DNA of 64,000 nt, taken from NCBI GenBank assembly GCA_013265495.1, contig MU058844.1, positions 1,184,941-1,248,940 of the forward strand. Direction: 5' to 3'. This document shows, piece by piece, positions 1 to 13,011 of this stretch. Every line of letters starts with the position of its first letter. The stretch's first letter is position 1. The DNA is from Vicugna vicugna (Eukaryota). Position numbers and translations under genes: made by a program. Under the pieces are notes generated by a model that saw nothing but the letters and a program-made list of their open reading frames with translations, was not told where the DNA came from and made no database searches.

Positions 1-1657
1 AAATAAATCTTTTTTTCAAGGTGATCAAAGTTTAGTGCAGTAGAAGGTCTAATCCATATACATTTTAGCTCTGTCTCCTTCTCACAGCTGTTACCACTCA
101 GGCTGTAAATCCAGGAATAAGAGGAGGGTGCAAGGTGGTTTCCTCACTTTCCCCTCTCAATATCTTTTCCCCCTTTTCTAGCTGTGATTTCTGGCCTCTC
201 CAGAGATGGGGGTAGATGGGTAAGCAAGATGAAGTGGAAAGGTGCAATGAGTTTGACCGGTGCTATTATAATTGGTCATTGGAGTCCTCGAGTAGTGGAC
301 ATCCCAACTGACTTTCTCTCATGGGGCATTTTAGTGAGTTTTTTTGTTTTTGTTTTTGTTTTTTTTAAGATACCTCCCTTTGCCTACATCACAGGGCTTT
401 CAGTAACTGTTCTGCTGACTCTAGTTATACCTTCTCAGGCCGGCCACTTATGATTTCTTCATTCTCTTGGCTCCTAGTGGTACATTCTCACTGATGAGGT
501 CATGTCCCCCTTCCAGGCAGTCTCTCCCAAGATGACCCAATCTGCCTTTCTTGAGGAGATTCTTGTTTGCCCCACCAAATTCTGGAAGTGCTGTTTATTC
601 CCATTATAGCTTAGTCCTAGACACCAGAAAAAGGTAGTTTAGGCCACAGTCCCCTGTGTTTTCAAGTGTGAGTCAGACATCAGTCTCTATGTCCTCTAAA
701 GTCCAGAAGACATGTAGTAAGCTTTCTGAGTGGCTCCACTAACATGCCTCTTTTTTTGGTTTGTGTTAAAGAAGCAACACTTCTACCTGGGGTGGAGGGT
801 GAGGATGGGGACACTTACTAAACTGATAACATCTTCCAAAGAAGCCTCAGTGCCAGCTTCTTTAAAGTCACTTTTGACAGGTTGGAGGTTGCCAGTGTGA
901 TTGCATGGGTAGAACCATTTCTCTCATTGGGTCCCTTAAGCTACCATCTAGTGTTAGAATGTGGGTTTCCTTGGCACCGACTATACTGGACCTCTTCTGA
1001 GACATTTAGAGAAGAAGAAATGCCCCATTAACTTCCCATTGCACATGACTTAATATACTCAATCCACACTAATATCTTTATGATAAATATAGCAAGAGAA
1101 ACCAAAACTGAAATAAGAACTAGCCAGAGATATAACCACTGAGACTTAATCATGCTTTTTTTTTAAAAATAACGCATAAGGCCTACAAAATAAGGAAGAA
1201 AAAAATGGAAAGTCTTAGTTTTATGCATCAATTATTAGCTTCACATGATGAGTTTTACAGCCATTAGAATGTGGACAGAGATTGAATTCACTTGCTAAAG
1301 GCTCACTTTGCTCTAACCTCTAGTTCATGACCATCAGACAACAAATTAATTTCCCCTATAAATACTTATCTATGATTAGGCTTGCTCTTGTCCTTTGGTT
1401 TTTGTCGTATTTGACCTTTACAATAGCCTCGTTTGCCCAGAGATCTCCTGTTGTCAGCACTGTTTCCTAATGAGCTCAGAGACATTAAGGCCACCAGCAA
1501 TGATGCTAGAGTTAAGAGCCCCAGTTAAAAAAAGAAAAAGCAGTTCATATTGAATGTTAATTCCCTGACCCATGTCCACGGATCAGCTGTGCATTTTATC
1601 GAGTTAAAACTCATACAACTTTCTGAAGTTCTTCCACTTTTTTATAACACCCTAACA

Positions 1658-1833
1658 CAGTGCCCTCTTAATCGGGATTGCGTGTTAGAATCACTTGGGG
1701 AGTATTTAAAAATTCCAATGCTCAGACCGCAGCCCAGCCTAATTCAATAAGAATCTTGGTGTTTGGACTCAGGTATCAGTGTTTTTAAAACTTCCTGGTA
1801 TTCCAGTTTGCAGCCATGTTTTAGTGCTACTGC
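1658..1833. mobile_element. MER5-type hAT-Charlie MITE
   Basis: CAGTG...tagaatcacttgggga...gcagcca...ctactg, the quasi-palindromic MER5A/B pattern. Confidence 0.75.
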
Positions 1834-3371
1834 TAATACCATTTGCCTGATATGTAGCTTTTATCCATTCTTAGCAGAACACATAACCAAAGTCCTTATG
1901 AAACTCCATCCTATCTAGGTAGAAGAGATGGACAGTGCATTGCCTAAGATCTGGTATGTTCAGTTTTCCTGCCCAGTGCCTCATTAAATGTTGTTTAGGC
2001 TCCATCATTTAAAATCAAGTTCTAATGACAAAATTTTAATTGTTTAGTTTCTCTTGAAAACCAGCTATTCAGACAACAATGGCTTGCTTCTCCCCAGAAC
2101 AAGCAGCTGGTGTTGCGTAGCAGCAGATGGCTTTAGAAGGGGCCTGTGTTTCCCCATTTGCCTACAAGCCTCTCACTGGCCTTCCCTGCCTGACCCCTAC
2201 AGGAAGAGTTCTGGTTGCCTGCTATTGTCCAAGTATGAAGAAGTCTTTCAAACCTCAGGCTCTTCGTGTTCAAATGCAGGCAACTCCAACTTACTCTAAA
2301 GAGTCTTCTTTGATCTAAATGACTCAAACAGTCCTTTAACCCCTGGATTTAAAAGGTTACTTGGTTTCTCTCTTCCATTCTCTGCCAGCCCATTTTGCAC
2401 CCCCCTCCCCGAGAGTTTGTTCTGTTCTTTTGCTTTAAAAAGAAAAACAAAGTGTGACTCCACATCTATTCTCCAAAGACCATAGCTTCTCAAGGCTGAG
2501 AGCCAGATGCCTGATTTGTTTTCCATCTAGAGCGGTACATACAGATAAAGTCATCGGCGCAAAGCCATTCTGCTTTTGACCTTCCTAGGGCTGAATGCAC
2601 AGCTAGTCAACAGTGGAAGCTGAAAATAGAACCCAGGACTTTCAAATCATTGTTCTGCTCGCTGGGCCGTGCTTCCTCCCATAAGAACTCGGTTAAGCAA
2701 CGTCCTGTTTTCCAAAAGTAGAAATCATAATATACGTATGAGAAACTGGACTTAGAAGAAATACAGGCCCCACCCTCAGGAGAGATGGCCCTGTAGCATA
2801 AAGGGAGCATGAATTCACTTCTAGCACTGCAGCATGCAGGTTGGATACACTCAAAAATGTGTGTTGAATCGTCAACTTTGTAATGTGTGGCATTTTGAAC
2901 AAGGAGTTCTCACTGAGTGTCAAGGATGTGTTTGCCAGACAACCCATGTAAAGGAAATATAGAATATTAGAAAGGTTATCATGAAAATGACAGGACCTAT
3001 ATACATAGAGATGGTCAGGGACCTGGAATCTGGGTGTGGCTTTTCAGAATAGAGTAGCCAGTGCCATGAAGAGGGACCAGAGTTTTGGTAATGCTGTGAT
3101 TCTCAGCTCAGAGTATGTGTGTGGCCCACAGAGACAGGAGAAAGCAGATCTGAACACTAGGAGGGTTGAGAGTAACTGACACTTTCCCAGGCTCCCAGGG
3201 AGAGTTCAGAACTCTCTCTTCTGTGCCACCGTTTTGCAGAGAGGTTACCTCTTTTTTAGGGATCAACAATGCAGCCATTGGTTTTCACTGAGCTCTCTGA
3301 GGGCAGAAACCATGTAGTTCTTACTACTATTGCCCCCATGCCTAATGCACAGCCTGTCCCAGGAGGCAGTA

Positions 3372-3607
3372 GAGCAGAGACTAGAACCAGACCTTCGGAG
3401 CTTGTGTCCCAGCTCTACAATCTCACAGGTGTGAGGCTTTGGATAAGCAATTTTAACTCTTTGTATTTCAATTTCCTCTTTTGCAAAACAGAGGCAGTAA
3501 TAATAGTTCTCACCTCAGTCATTGTGAAAATTAAGTGAGTTACTACTTGTGAGGTTCTTCAAATGGTGCTTGGTGCATACTAAGCATTCACTGAGTGTTA
3601 GTTATTA
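3372..3607 (+). mobile_element. MIR SINE
   Basis: Core-like 'tcaatttcctcttttgcaaaacagaggcagtaataatag...gtgaaaattaagtgag' and 3' end 'aagcattcactgagtgttagttatta'. Confidence 0.8.
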
Positions 3608-3639
3608 GAGGCCATCAATACATAATTTATAAATGGAGA

Positions 3640-3835
3640 AATTATCTAGCTGACAATATAGGATAGGTACAATATGCCAGATGACTTGATAAGCACTTTG
3701 CATGGATTACCTTATTTAATTCTAAAAACAAGTGCACAAAGCAGCTACTCCTCTTGCTGCATATTACAGATGAGGCACAGCTGGTGAGTGGCAGAAGGCT
3801 TTGACACTGTATGGTCTGATACCACATCTTTCACT
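3640..3835 (-). mobile_element. MIR SINE fragment
   Basis: 'aagcactttgcatggattaccttatttaattct...cagatgaggcacag', MIR antisense. Confidence 0.65.
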
Positions 3836-4616
3836 ATTCTGACAACTAAGTATATATTTCCTAGGAGGAATACTAAGGTGATAGTTCCTTTATGATACTC
3901 TTTTGAGGCTCAAATATAATTTATTGACACTTTGAAAGTAGTAAAAATATATACACATATGTGAGGTGATGACTAATAAATGCACAAGAAATTCACTCTT
4001 ATTAGCCTCACTTAGCATATCAAAAGGTGTTAAAAATAATAATTAGCTTTAGGAACCAAAGAGCAAGTAAAACCAGTCATTTAGACACCAAAATGTAACT
4101 TGATATGTGGGTGTTACGTCCTCAAGATAACAGCCATTAAATAAATTAACAAAAGGGCTTGTTGAGAACTGAAGTGTCGTGATCTTTTCCTTTTTTCTTT
4201 GCTAAAATATGCTTAGTTATAGTACATTTTATTTATTTACATGCTGTATCTCTGAATAGTTTCCCAGTCCTTAAATACAAGGGGAAATGATGAGTTTGTT
4301 TTTTTTTTTTTTTTTTTGATCACAGAAATTATTTGGAGTATTCTGGTATTATGGAAAGCAAACTTGAGGTTGGGAAATGAGGTTTCTGGCTCTGGCTTCA
4401 TTATGAAGTAATTCCCTTTAGAACCTAATGCAAATCTCTGAGCCTTCCTGGGCCTCAGATGTCTGAAAACACAGCTTTGGATACCACTGATTATAAAATT
4501 CTTAGTACCTTTAGATTCCTAGTGCCTAAAGATTTTTGATTTCCCTCCTGGGAATTTTTATTACAGAGCACACGTTTTCCCCATTTCCACCCCCATGTAT
4601 ATATTTCAACATTTTT

Positions 4617-4807
4617 AAAAATTCTTATTTTTTATTGAAATGTAGTCAGTTTACAATGTTAGTTTCAGGTGCATAGCAAAGCAATTCAGTTATACATATA
4701 CATACATATATATATATTTTTTCAGATTCTTTTCCATTACAGCTCATTACAAGAAATTAAATATAGTTCTCTGTGCTATACAATAGATCCTTGTTGTTTA
4801 TCTATAT
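4617..4807 (-). mobile_element. Young L1 3' terminal fragment, heavily 5'-truncated
   Basis: T-rich tail then 'ttattgaaatgtagtcagtttacaatgttagtttcaggtg'; TSD-like tatttcaacattttt (4602-4616) / tattccagcattttt (4808-4822), 13/15 match. Confidence 0.85.
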
Positions 4808-5797
4808 TATTCCAGCATTTTTGAAATCAGATTATTTCACAATTAAAACATACATTAAATTTAATATTTTCCCCCTTCTTTCAATTGATAGTGTATCTTA
4901 GAATTAAGGCAAGGAACAAAACACAAAATAAACAAACAGCATAACATCCATCACCACAAACAATAGCTAAAGCTGTTCCAAAGGCTTGGTTGATGTGTGA
5001 ATGGATTTGTGTGCTGAAAATTAGACAAAGAGCGCTTAACACGTCACCATAGCTTAATTTCTCTAAAGTTCAGGCCCTCTTCCAAAGATGAATTATATTT
5101 TCTCTATAGCAGCTATGATCCCAGGGTTTCCCCTGCCCATGTTGACAGCACTCTATCAGAGGACAAATAATTTTAAAACTAAAATGTCTCAATACACTTG
5201 ATTCTGTAATTGTCCGTGTGTACTAATTCGTATGAAACCAAGTCATTTCTTTGCAGCCAGTTATGAATACCAAGGGGCCCTTCTTTCCTCCAGGCATATC
5301 CAAGTAGGAGAACAGCTATTCTTTGTTTCAGGAAAGGACAGGGCGAAGGTTAGTTCATGGGTAGAGTTTCCTGTTTGTAATGACTGAAAGGAAGGTGCCA
5401 ACAGTTTTGAAGGTTTTGTTAAAGGGAAGATACTTTGTGCTGGGGTAGTGTTACAGTGAAAGTACAATTTCCTCCGCAGTTGATGTCGTTGGTCCTTTAG
5501 ATGTGCCCAAGACTAATCATATGATTTCTCTGCTAATGGTCCTTTGATGGCTCCCCTTTGCCTGCCAGATGAAGTCCAAACACTGTAGTACTCTCTAAAC
5601 TCTGCCCAGAATTATTTGCAATTCTATGCACTTTTCTTGCCAACTTTGTGCTTGGAATGGCTTTTCCGCATCTTCACCTGGATGGCTTCCCTGTTAAGAT
5701 TCAGCACAGGTGTCATCTCCCCTTAGTAGCCTTTGGTAGCTTATCAGGATAGAAACCTCTTCTTTGTGGTCTCAAAGCGTCCCATGCCTCCTTCTGT

Positions 5798-5970
5798 CCA
5801 GGGGATTCTCAAACCTGACTGTACAGTGGAATCACCTGGAAACCTATCAAAACAGACCAATACCAGACCCTACTCAGGGAGTTTGATTCCACTGGTCTGG
5901 GATAGGGTCAGGCCTTTCTATTTAATGTACCCAGGCAATTCTAACGTGCAGCCAATGTTGAGAACCACTA
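5798..5970. mobile_element. MER5-type hAT-Charlie MITE
   Basis: 'caggggattctcaaac...gaatcacctgga...gcagccaatgttgagaaccacta' termini. Confidence 0.8.
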
Positions 5971-6001
5971 ATTTATTATAGGCTTTATGACATATTGTAT
6001 T

Positions 6002-7086
6002 TTTTTGTTTGTTTCTTTTTGTTTTCATCTAGGTAGTTTCTTTCTTCTTCTTCTTCTTTTTTTTTTTCAGTTGAAATACAGTCAGTTACAATGTGTCAAC
6101 CTCTGGTGTACAGCACAATGTCCCAGTCGTGGATATACATACATATATTTGTTTTCATATTCTTTTTCATTAAAAGTTATTCCAAGATATTGAATATAGT
6201 TCCCTGTGCTATACAGAAGAAACTTACTTTGTTTTTAATCTATTTTTATATACAGTGGCTAACATTTGCAAATCTCAAACTCCCAAATTTATTCCTTCCC
6301 ACCCCCTTTCCCCTGTAACCATAAGACTGTTTACTATGTCTGGGTCTGTTTCTGTTTTATAGAAGAGTTCCTAGTGTCCTTTTTTCTTTGTTTTTTAGAT
6401 TCCATATGTAAGTGATATCATATGACATTTTTCTTTATTTTTCTGGCTTACTTCACTAGAATGATAATCTCTAGGTCCATCCATGTTGTTGCAAATGGTA
6501 TTATTTTATTCTTTTTTATGGCTGAGTAGTATTCCATTGTATAAATATACCACAACTTCTTTATCCAGTCATCTTTCAGTGGACATTTATGTTGCTTCCA
6601 TGTGTTGGCTATTGTATATAGTGCTGCTATGAACATTGGGGTGCATGTTATCTTTTCGAATTAGAGTTCCTCCAGATATGTACCCAAAAGTGGGATTGCT
6701 GGATCACATAGTAAGTCTATTTTTAGTTTTTGAGGACTCTCCATACTGTTTTCCATAATGGCTGCACCAAACTACATTCCTACCAACAGTGCAGGAGGGT
6801 TCCCTTTTCTCCACACCCTTTCCAGCATTTATCATTCATAGACTGTTGAATGATGGCCATTCTGACTGGTGTGAGGTGATACTTCATTGTAGTTTTGATT
6901 TGCATTTCTCTGATAATTAGTGATGTTAAGCATTTTTTTCATGTGCCTATTGGCCATTTGTATGTCTTCACTGGAGAGTTGAACTGGAGAGTGTTTAGGT
7001 CTTCTGCCCATTTTTGAACTGGGTTATTTGGGGGTTTTTTGTTATTAATTTGTATGAGCTGTTTATATATTCTGGAAATTAAGCCT
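6002..7086 (-). mobile_element. L1 (LINE-1), ~1.08 kb 5'-truncated: ORF2 C-terminus plus 3'UTR
   Basis: ORF 6448-6636 ([19 protein letters not shown]...[14 protein letters not shown]) is the L1 ORF2p C-terminus; TSD tttatgacatattgtatt (5984-6001) / tttatgacatattatatt (7087-7104). Confidence 0.95.
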
Positions 7087-7129
7087 TTTATGACATATTA
7101 TATTAAAAGCTTTGTGTTTATCTTTCCAC

Positions 7130-7262
7130 AGATTAAATTTCTTGAGGACTGGAATTATTTTATATTGATATGCATGTCCTCTGAGATTTAAAACATGCCA
7201 CATAGTAGGTGCCCAATATGTAGTTTATGAGTAATGAATGAATAAGTGAATGAATGAATGAT
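7130..7262 (+). mobile_element. L2 3' end with (TGAA)n tail
   Basis: 'catagtaggtgcccaatatg...tgaatgaatgaatg', typical L2 terminus. Confidence 0.7.
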
Positions 7263-10200
7263 TTGTCCATACACATCCCAACCTCCCATCCACTTACGTT
7301 TAGAAGCTCACTTATGTGCATACAGTTGTTCAGGGTAAGAAATCATGGAAAAATAGAAGAATCAATGTGGATCCCAGGAGTTTTGGGACAAAAGATGCAG
7401 TCTAAGAGGAGTGTCTGAAGAAACAAAGTAAGGCCTGAAAAAAAAACCTGGGAAATTTTGAATTGATTAGCAGCAGATACTGAAAATACAGAACCATGAA
7501 GTCTGACCTGGACAAGAATTTTGGGAGAAAGACTGATAATGCAAGAGATTCTGGGGCTGGAGATCAGGAGAAGGGAACAGCCACCTCAAAATGTAAGAGA
7601 CTAGAAAGAGATAAAATTCTACCTATACAGGATAGAAATACAAGGTACATGGAGTCTCTCCAGAAGAGATTTAGGTTTTTTTTAAAGCCCAGGATCTAGG
7701 GCATAAACGTTCAGGTATCCTTTGTGGCCTGAGGGAGAATCTGCAGAACAAGATTCAGGTCTGAGCATCACTGGACACTGCTGCACTCTAACTGTTCTAT
7801 GAATCTGTATTTTGTGGGTCATAGTATGTGCTAAGTGCTTTATATGTCTTCCCACTCAATATGCAGGATTAGGCGTATGAAGGAGACTTTGTCATAACAA
7901 ATTTTACAGATGAAGACATTGAGGTTTAGGAGAGTTGTGCAAGCCACCTATACTACAAATGATAAATGTCACCTTTTAAATGGCCATGAGCTTTACTGAC
8001 CTGATAACCCTCTGTGGAGGAGAGATATTGGAGAAGATGAAAGGATGGGCTGGTGTTGTAGTGTCTCAATCCAAGAAGAGGGCTTTACCCCTTCACGTCC
8101 TGCCAGTGGACTAGGAGACAGCAGGGGAAGGAGCTGTTTGTTGATAGTTGCCTTGAGTGTTTTGATTTTAAAAAGCTCCTACTTGTGTGTGCCCAGGACC
8201 ACAAAGTGGCCTTGAACAGTGAGAACAGTGCTCTCTACTTCTGGACTCTTAGTGAATGTGTTTGTGAAAGCATATGCCCTTTCTTAGAGAGAGAAGATGG
8301 ACAAAAACATGTAGAATTCAGTGATTCTACAAGATGGAAGAATCTTGGGTATAAAGTTTGAACTGTTATTTTTTTTTAAATGAGCTATGAATTCATCAGT
8401 ACTTTTGTAATATGGGATTTGGTTATACTTTCTATAATGTATCATCAAAATTTTAGTCTTGAAATATTTGTTTTCCTATGTTAAATGGAATTTCCTCTCC
8501 CCGAATCTCTGTCTTGACTGTTGACAGTCTGTATTCAGGCAAGCTTCTTCTCTCCTATGTTAATAAACATTTAGGTTCCAAAACAAGGTGCAATCTTAAC
8601 TCTTAGTCTAACCAATCAGGTTAGTCTGTCTACCTAATGGTGTGATGAAGATGCCTGTAGAGATTGTTCCACTGAAAATTAACTCCCCTTATCAATCAGC
8701 TGTGATGACTAGTTTGTCTAGAAAAGTTCCTGTGGTCCCAGCCTTTATGCCAAGCACGTTGGAGCTCCTGGCCTTTCCCGCAGCACTGTACACAGTTCCC
8801 TTCTGTGGAAACAAATCACCTGCTGGAAGAGATGCTAGCTTGTCAGCATGCCAGGAGAAGGCTGGAGTTGGGGAATTTCTTTGGCTTGTTGGAAAATAAC
8901 CTGGGTTTTCAACTTAGCTACATCTGGGTTCAAATCCTGACCTTGCCATTTGCAAACACTTCCAGGGCCAAGGAAAGCTCAACAAATGTTGGTTTCCTCT
9001 CTTGTTTCCCTCTGCTGAGAAGCAGTGCACCCTGCTTTCCAGTGGATCATTTCTGTGATCCAACCGTACGTACATTCAGTCCAACACACCTACACAAAAA
9101 GCACACGGTTATGAATTTTACTCTCTGCTGCTTTTGGTTCTTTTTCAAGAAGCCAGGATTTCAAAAACAGCTCATCAGCAGTCTGTATTTCATGGCAATT
9201 TATTATCTTACCTCTCTCCAGAACGTGGATGTTCTATTACCCGTGGCTTCCTGACATGTGAAAAAATATACTCCTCCTCTCTCAGTCTGTGTCCCCTGAT
9301 AACAAGTTCACACAAGTATTTTCTAAATAATAAAAGAGAAGGTTGGCTGCCGCTGGCATTTATAACTGACCTTATTTCAGAATTCGGTTGGGCAACTCTT
9401 ACCTCACTTTCCAGAGAGAGGCAGTGTGTGCCATGAGAAGGTCTCTCTAGAGGTAGTCAAAACAAACGGCGGTGCCTGACCTTGGGTGTGTTCCCTGGCC
9501 CTCTGTGGTTCTGGGTTTGCTCCTCTTTGTGGAAGGCAGATGGGGCCACATGGCATCTAATGTCCATTCCTCCTTTCAAATACCTGAGCCTACTTCTTGC
9601 TGATTTATAAGAAAACACACTGACTTGCCTGAAGATAATAAATGGCAGATATTTGAGAAGAGAATTGGTCTTTCTCCACTTCTTCTCTTTTATGTCTGAG
9701 TTATAAAATTATTATAATGATTACTTTTTCACCACCCACCTAATTCCATAAAACACCTCTCACTATGTAAATGCACACGGCCAGTTTTCCGGCAGCAATT
9801 ACTCATTTTGTTCTTGAGAATCAGGTCTTTGCTAAAGGCCAGTAAAGGAGGGTGCCTGCTTTCTGCTATCAGACTTTATTTCCCTCTCTGGGCAAAAGGT
9901 TTACTGTGACTGAGACCAACGCCGCCTCACCCTATTGTCTTCTCCTACGGGAGCGTTACCAGCTACTGTTTAGGTGCTCCAGATGCTGGCAACATGTGCC
10001 GGGAGGCTGGGAGAGAAGAGAAAGAACATTTACTATTAGGAATAAATGAGACATAGTAGGTCCTCCTTGTTGTGTCTCTCTGTACTCCTTGGTGTTACAC
10101 TAAAGCACTTTACATAGAGATCTTATTTCTCCTCTTTTACACACAGGATCACCCTTCAAAGCAAGTCTTATACCTCTTTTACAGCTGAGCACGTGAGGGT

Positions 10201-10569
10201 CAGAGATGTTAATGAATTTCCTTAAGTCACCCAGGTCCCTGGCTACAAAACCTATGTTTTTTTCATTTTGTTAATGTGGCCTCTGCCAGGAATTCCTAAA
10301 TGCATCCAAAACGGATTAAAAAAAAATGTTCTGGGACATGGGGAAACCCTGAAATGACCCACACCAGTGAGGGAAGCCTGCCAAAATGTTGTATTCTTCA
10401 TTTGCGAAGAAAGCTCTGTGGAGGGACCCCATGAACTTGGAAGAAAATACTGAAGTATTTCACACCCCTATGCTAGGAGGGTTTTGAATCCTTTTCCCTA
10501 GTAGATTCACAGAAGTCAGACATTATTTAAGATGCAAAAGGAATGGATACCATTGATTGGATTCATGTT

Positions 10570-10760
10570 GCTCCTGGCTCTGTGCTAAACCCTTTACAAG
10601 CATTATCTCATTTACTCGGTCAATGCTCCATGAGACGGTTACCACTCTCTTATACAGATGTGGACACTGAGACTTACAAAGAAGTGTCACTTATCTAAGT
10701 GGCATGGATTGGGAGGTTGGGAATCCAGGTATATCCGAATCTAAAGCAAACTGTACCTGT
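10570..10760 (-). mobile_element. MIR SINE
   Basis: 'tgctaaaccctttacaagcattatctcattt...tacagatgtggacactgagac', MIR antisense core. Confidence 0.7.
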
Positions 10761-12562
10761 TGACTACTCAATAATACCTCAGCACTTCAGGGCAGAATAG
10801 GACTCAGGGAATCCTTTTCTCTCTCTCTGTTGAGTTTACACTTCCACATGGTAACTTGAAAACTTGTGGGAATCACTGTTGTGAGTAAAGAATGTCCACA
10901 ATTGGCAATAACAATTATAGGGACAATCAGCACTGTAAATTCTCACCATACTTGCATTCATTAAAAATAGAAATTAAAGGGGAAGAAGGCAGAGGGGGAA
11001 ATCCCTGTCCCGAAAGAGGTTATTCACACAGTAGAACGATCTCAGTAATTATTTAGAGGGAACAGAACTGATTCGTTATCAGAAATAGAACTACAAAGAG
11101 GCCATCTCCAGAAGCTACCTCTCTTGCAGCATTTCCCGGAAAGATCACTTATTGTTTAGTTTAACAGTTGCAAAAATAATAAAGAATAACAAGATCTGCC
11201 AAGCTAGATAGACTAGAAGATAAAAGATTCCCAATAATGGAATGTTTTCAGTTGACTGCAGCATGATAAAGCCAAAGCTAGCAGGTCATCATTAAAGAAA
11301 GGTATGTAAATTCTGCCCTTGAATTTTGCAGTAGCAGCATTTAAGCAATCATAGTGTAATCCAAGTTTGCCACGGGATGCTAGACTTTCATATCATGGCT
11401 TTCGCTCCTCAGCTGATGGCTGATTACGACAGCAGATCTTTTCCTGGAAATTGAGTGAGTTTAAAATATATAGTGACCTGATATCACTGGATTAGAGAGA
11501 TGAGGTCAGAGATGGCAAATGAATCAGGGTTGGTAAACAACTGCGACCACTCATGTTGCAACTGTGTGGGATGAAGGCAGCCAGTGCACTCCCCAGAGTC
11601 CTGTAGACTGCACTGGGCTTGAGGCATCTGCCAGCCCCTTCTCGTTCCATCGCCAGCACTCACGTGACTCTCAAAATGGCAGAAACAGGAGCTTCTGTGT
11701 TTGTGTGCAGTTTGGAAGCATCATCATCTCTGACCTCTAACTCAGGCCTGATGTGTACAGGCATTTTGGAAGGTGATGGGAAAACAAATTCATTCCTTTT
11801 TCAAATATTTGTTGAGTACCGACAAATATTCCAGATGTTCTGGCACATGTGGCATAGATGCAGGAGCAGGACAAAGCCACTGAAAAACCAACAGCAATGT
11901 AAAATGTCCACGCTAAGTGCACGAAGAGTCTAGGCCAAAAGTGCAGACACATGAAGCCACCACTGATGGCCGAGGTCTGCTACGCTCAAAGAACTGCAGA
12001 CCAGACTCTTACACTCAGAGAAAGGAAAACTTCCTTGGAAGCGGGATGTGACAGACAGCATTGTATTTCTGAGATTAATCTAGATTTAATAATGGTTTAA
12101 ACATTAAAAAATCTCAGGCCTCTTGAAAGAAAGAGATTCATCTATCTGATCCCACAATGGTTCCACCTTGTGGGGGCTTAAAAGAAACGTTGGTTCAAAG
12201 ATATATTCTGTTTTCTATTCCCTTCTTGATCCAAGACACATACAGAATTGTTTATAGTTGTCAATTCTAGTAAAAGTCAACATCCACCTTCTCTGTTACA
12301 CATAAGAAAGTAAGGTCCAGAGAGTAGAGTAGCAAAAGTCGGGTGTTTCAACCCTGTATTGCCTTCTTAATCTTTATTATGACTCTAAACTTGGCTGCTC
12401 CTATACAAGAGGCATGAGATTCTCAAAGAAAAGATAAATAAACATTAAATGATAATAATAACAGCTGAATCCCTGGTTGGCTGCTCTCAAAGACAGAATT
12501 AAAGAGGACATAAAGAAATATGCCCTGTAACTTTCTGAAAGGCTACAAGAATTCAGAGCAAG

Positions 12563-12683
12563 CTTCCTATTTGCATGAAAATATTGATTACTGTGCAGCA
12601 GGGAATTTCCTGTCTGCCTCAGATGAAGCACATTCCACAAGCCTGGTATTCTTGGAACTTAGCGTTACACCTTGGAGTTTCCC
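12563..12683. promoter_or_regulatory. Candidate enhancer: ETS, octamer, 2x NF-kB and STAT5 motif cluster
   Basis: CTTCCT 12563, ATTTGCAT 12569-12576, GGGAATTTCC 12601-12610, TTCTTGGAA 12649-12657, GGAGTTTCCC 12674-12683; motif evidence only. Confidence 0.4.
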
Positions 12684-13011
12684 TAAATCTGAAAATAGAG
12701 GGTGGTTTTCAATCTTCTGTGTTCTAAATAATATATTCTAACTTCCTTAAAAAGATGGATCTGTGTGTGTTAAGAAATTGATGTCTTCAGTTCCTCCAGA
12801 TCCCCTCAAATTTCCTCTCCAAATTCACATTCTCAAGTAGTTGACATCGTCACCTTCTTAAAAAAAGGCTACCATCTCTCTCTTCTGACCATCCATGCAG
12901 ATCAGTTGCTTCATACATGAGATGTTTCCAACATCGTTGGCAGAAACCAGATGCATCATTAGAAGTGTGGATTGTCTTTCCTGCTAAAATTAATAATCCT
13001 TCAAGCATTTC

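Noticed and set aside
6448..6636. 62-aa ORF with clearly protein-like sequence
   Set aside because: It is the L1 ORF2p C-terminus in a truncated, frameshifted retrotransposon, not a host gene
8805..9254. Longest ORF (149 aa)
   Set aside because: Non-ATG start, no recognisable domain, overlaps a MIR-like fragment and lacks convincing splice context
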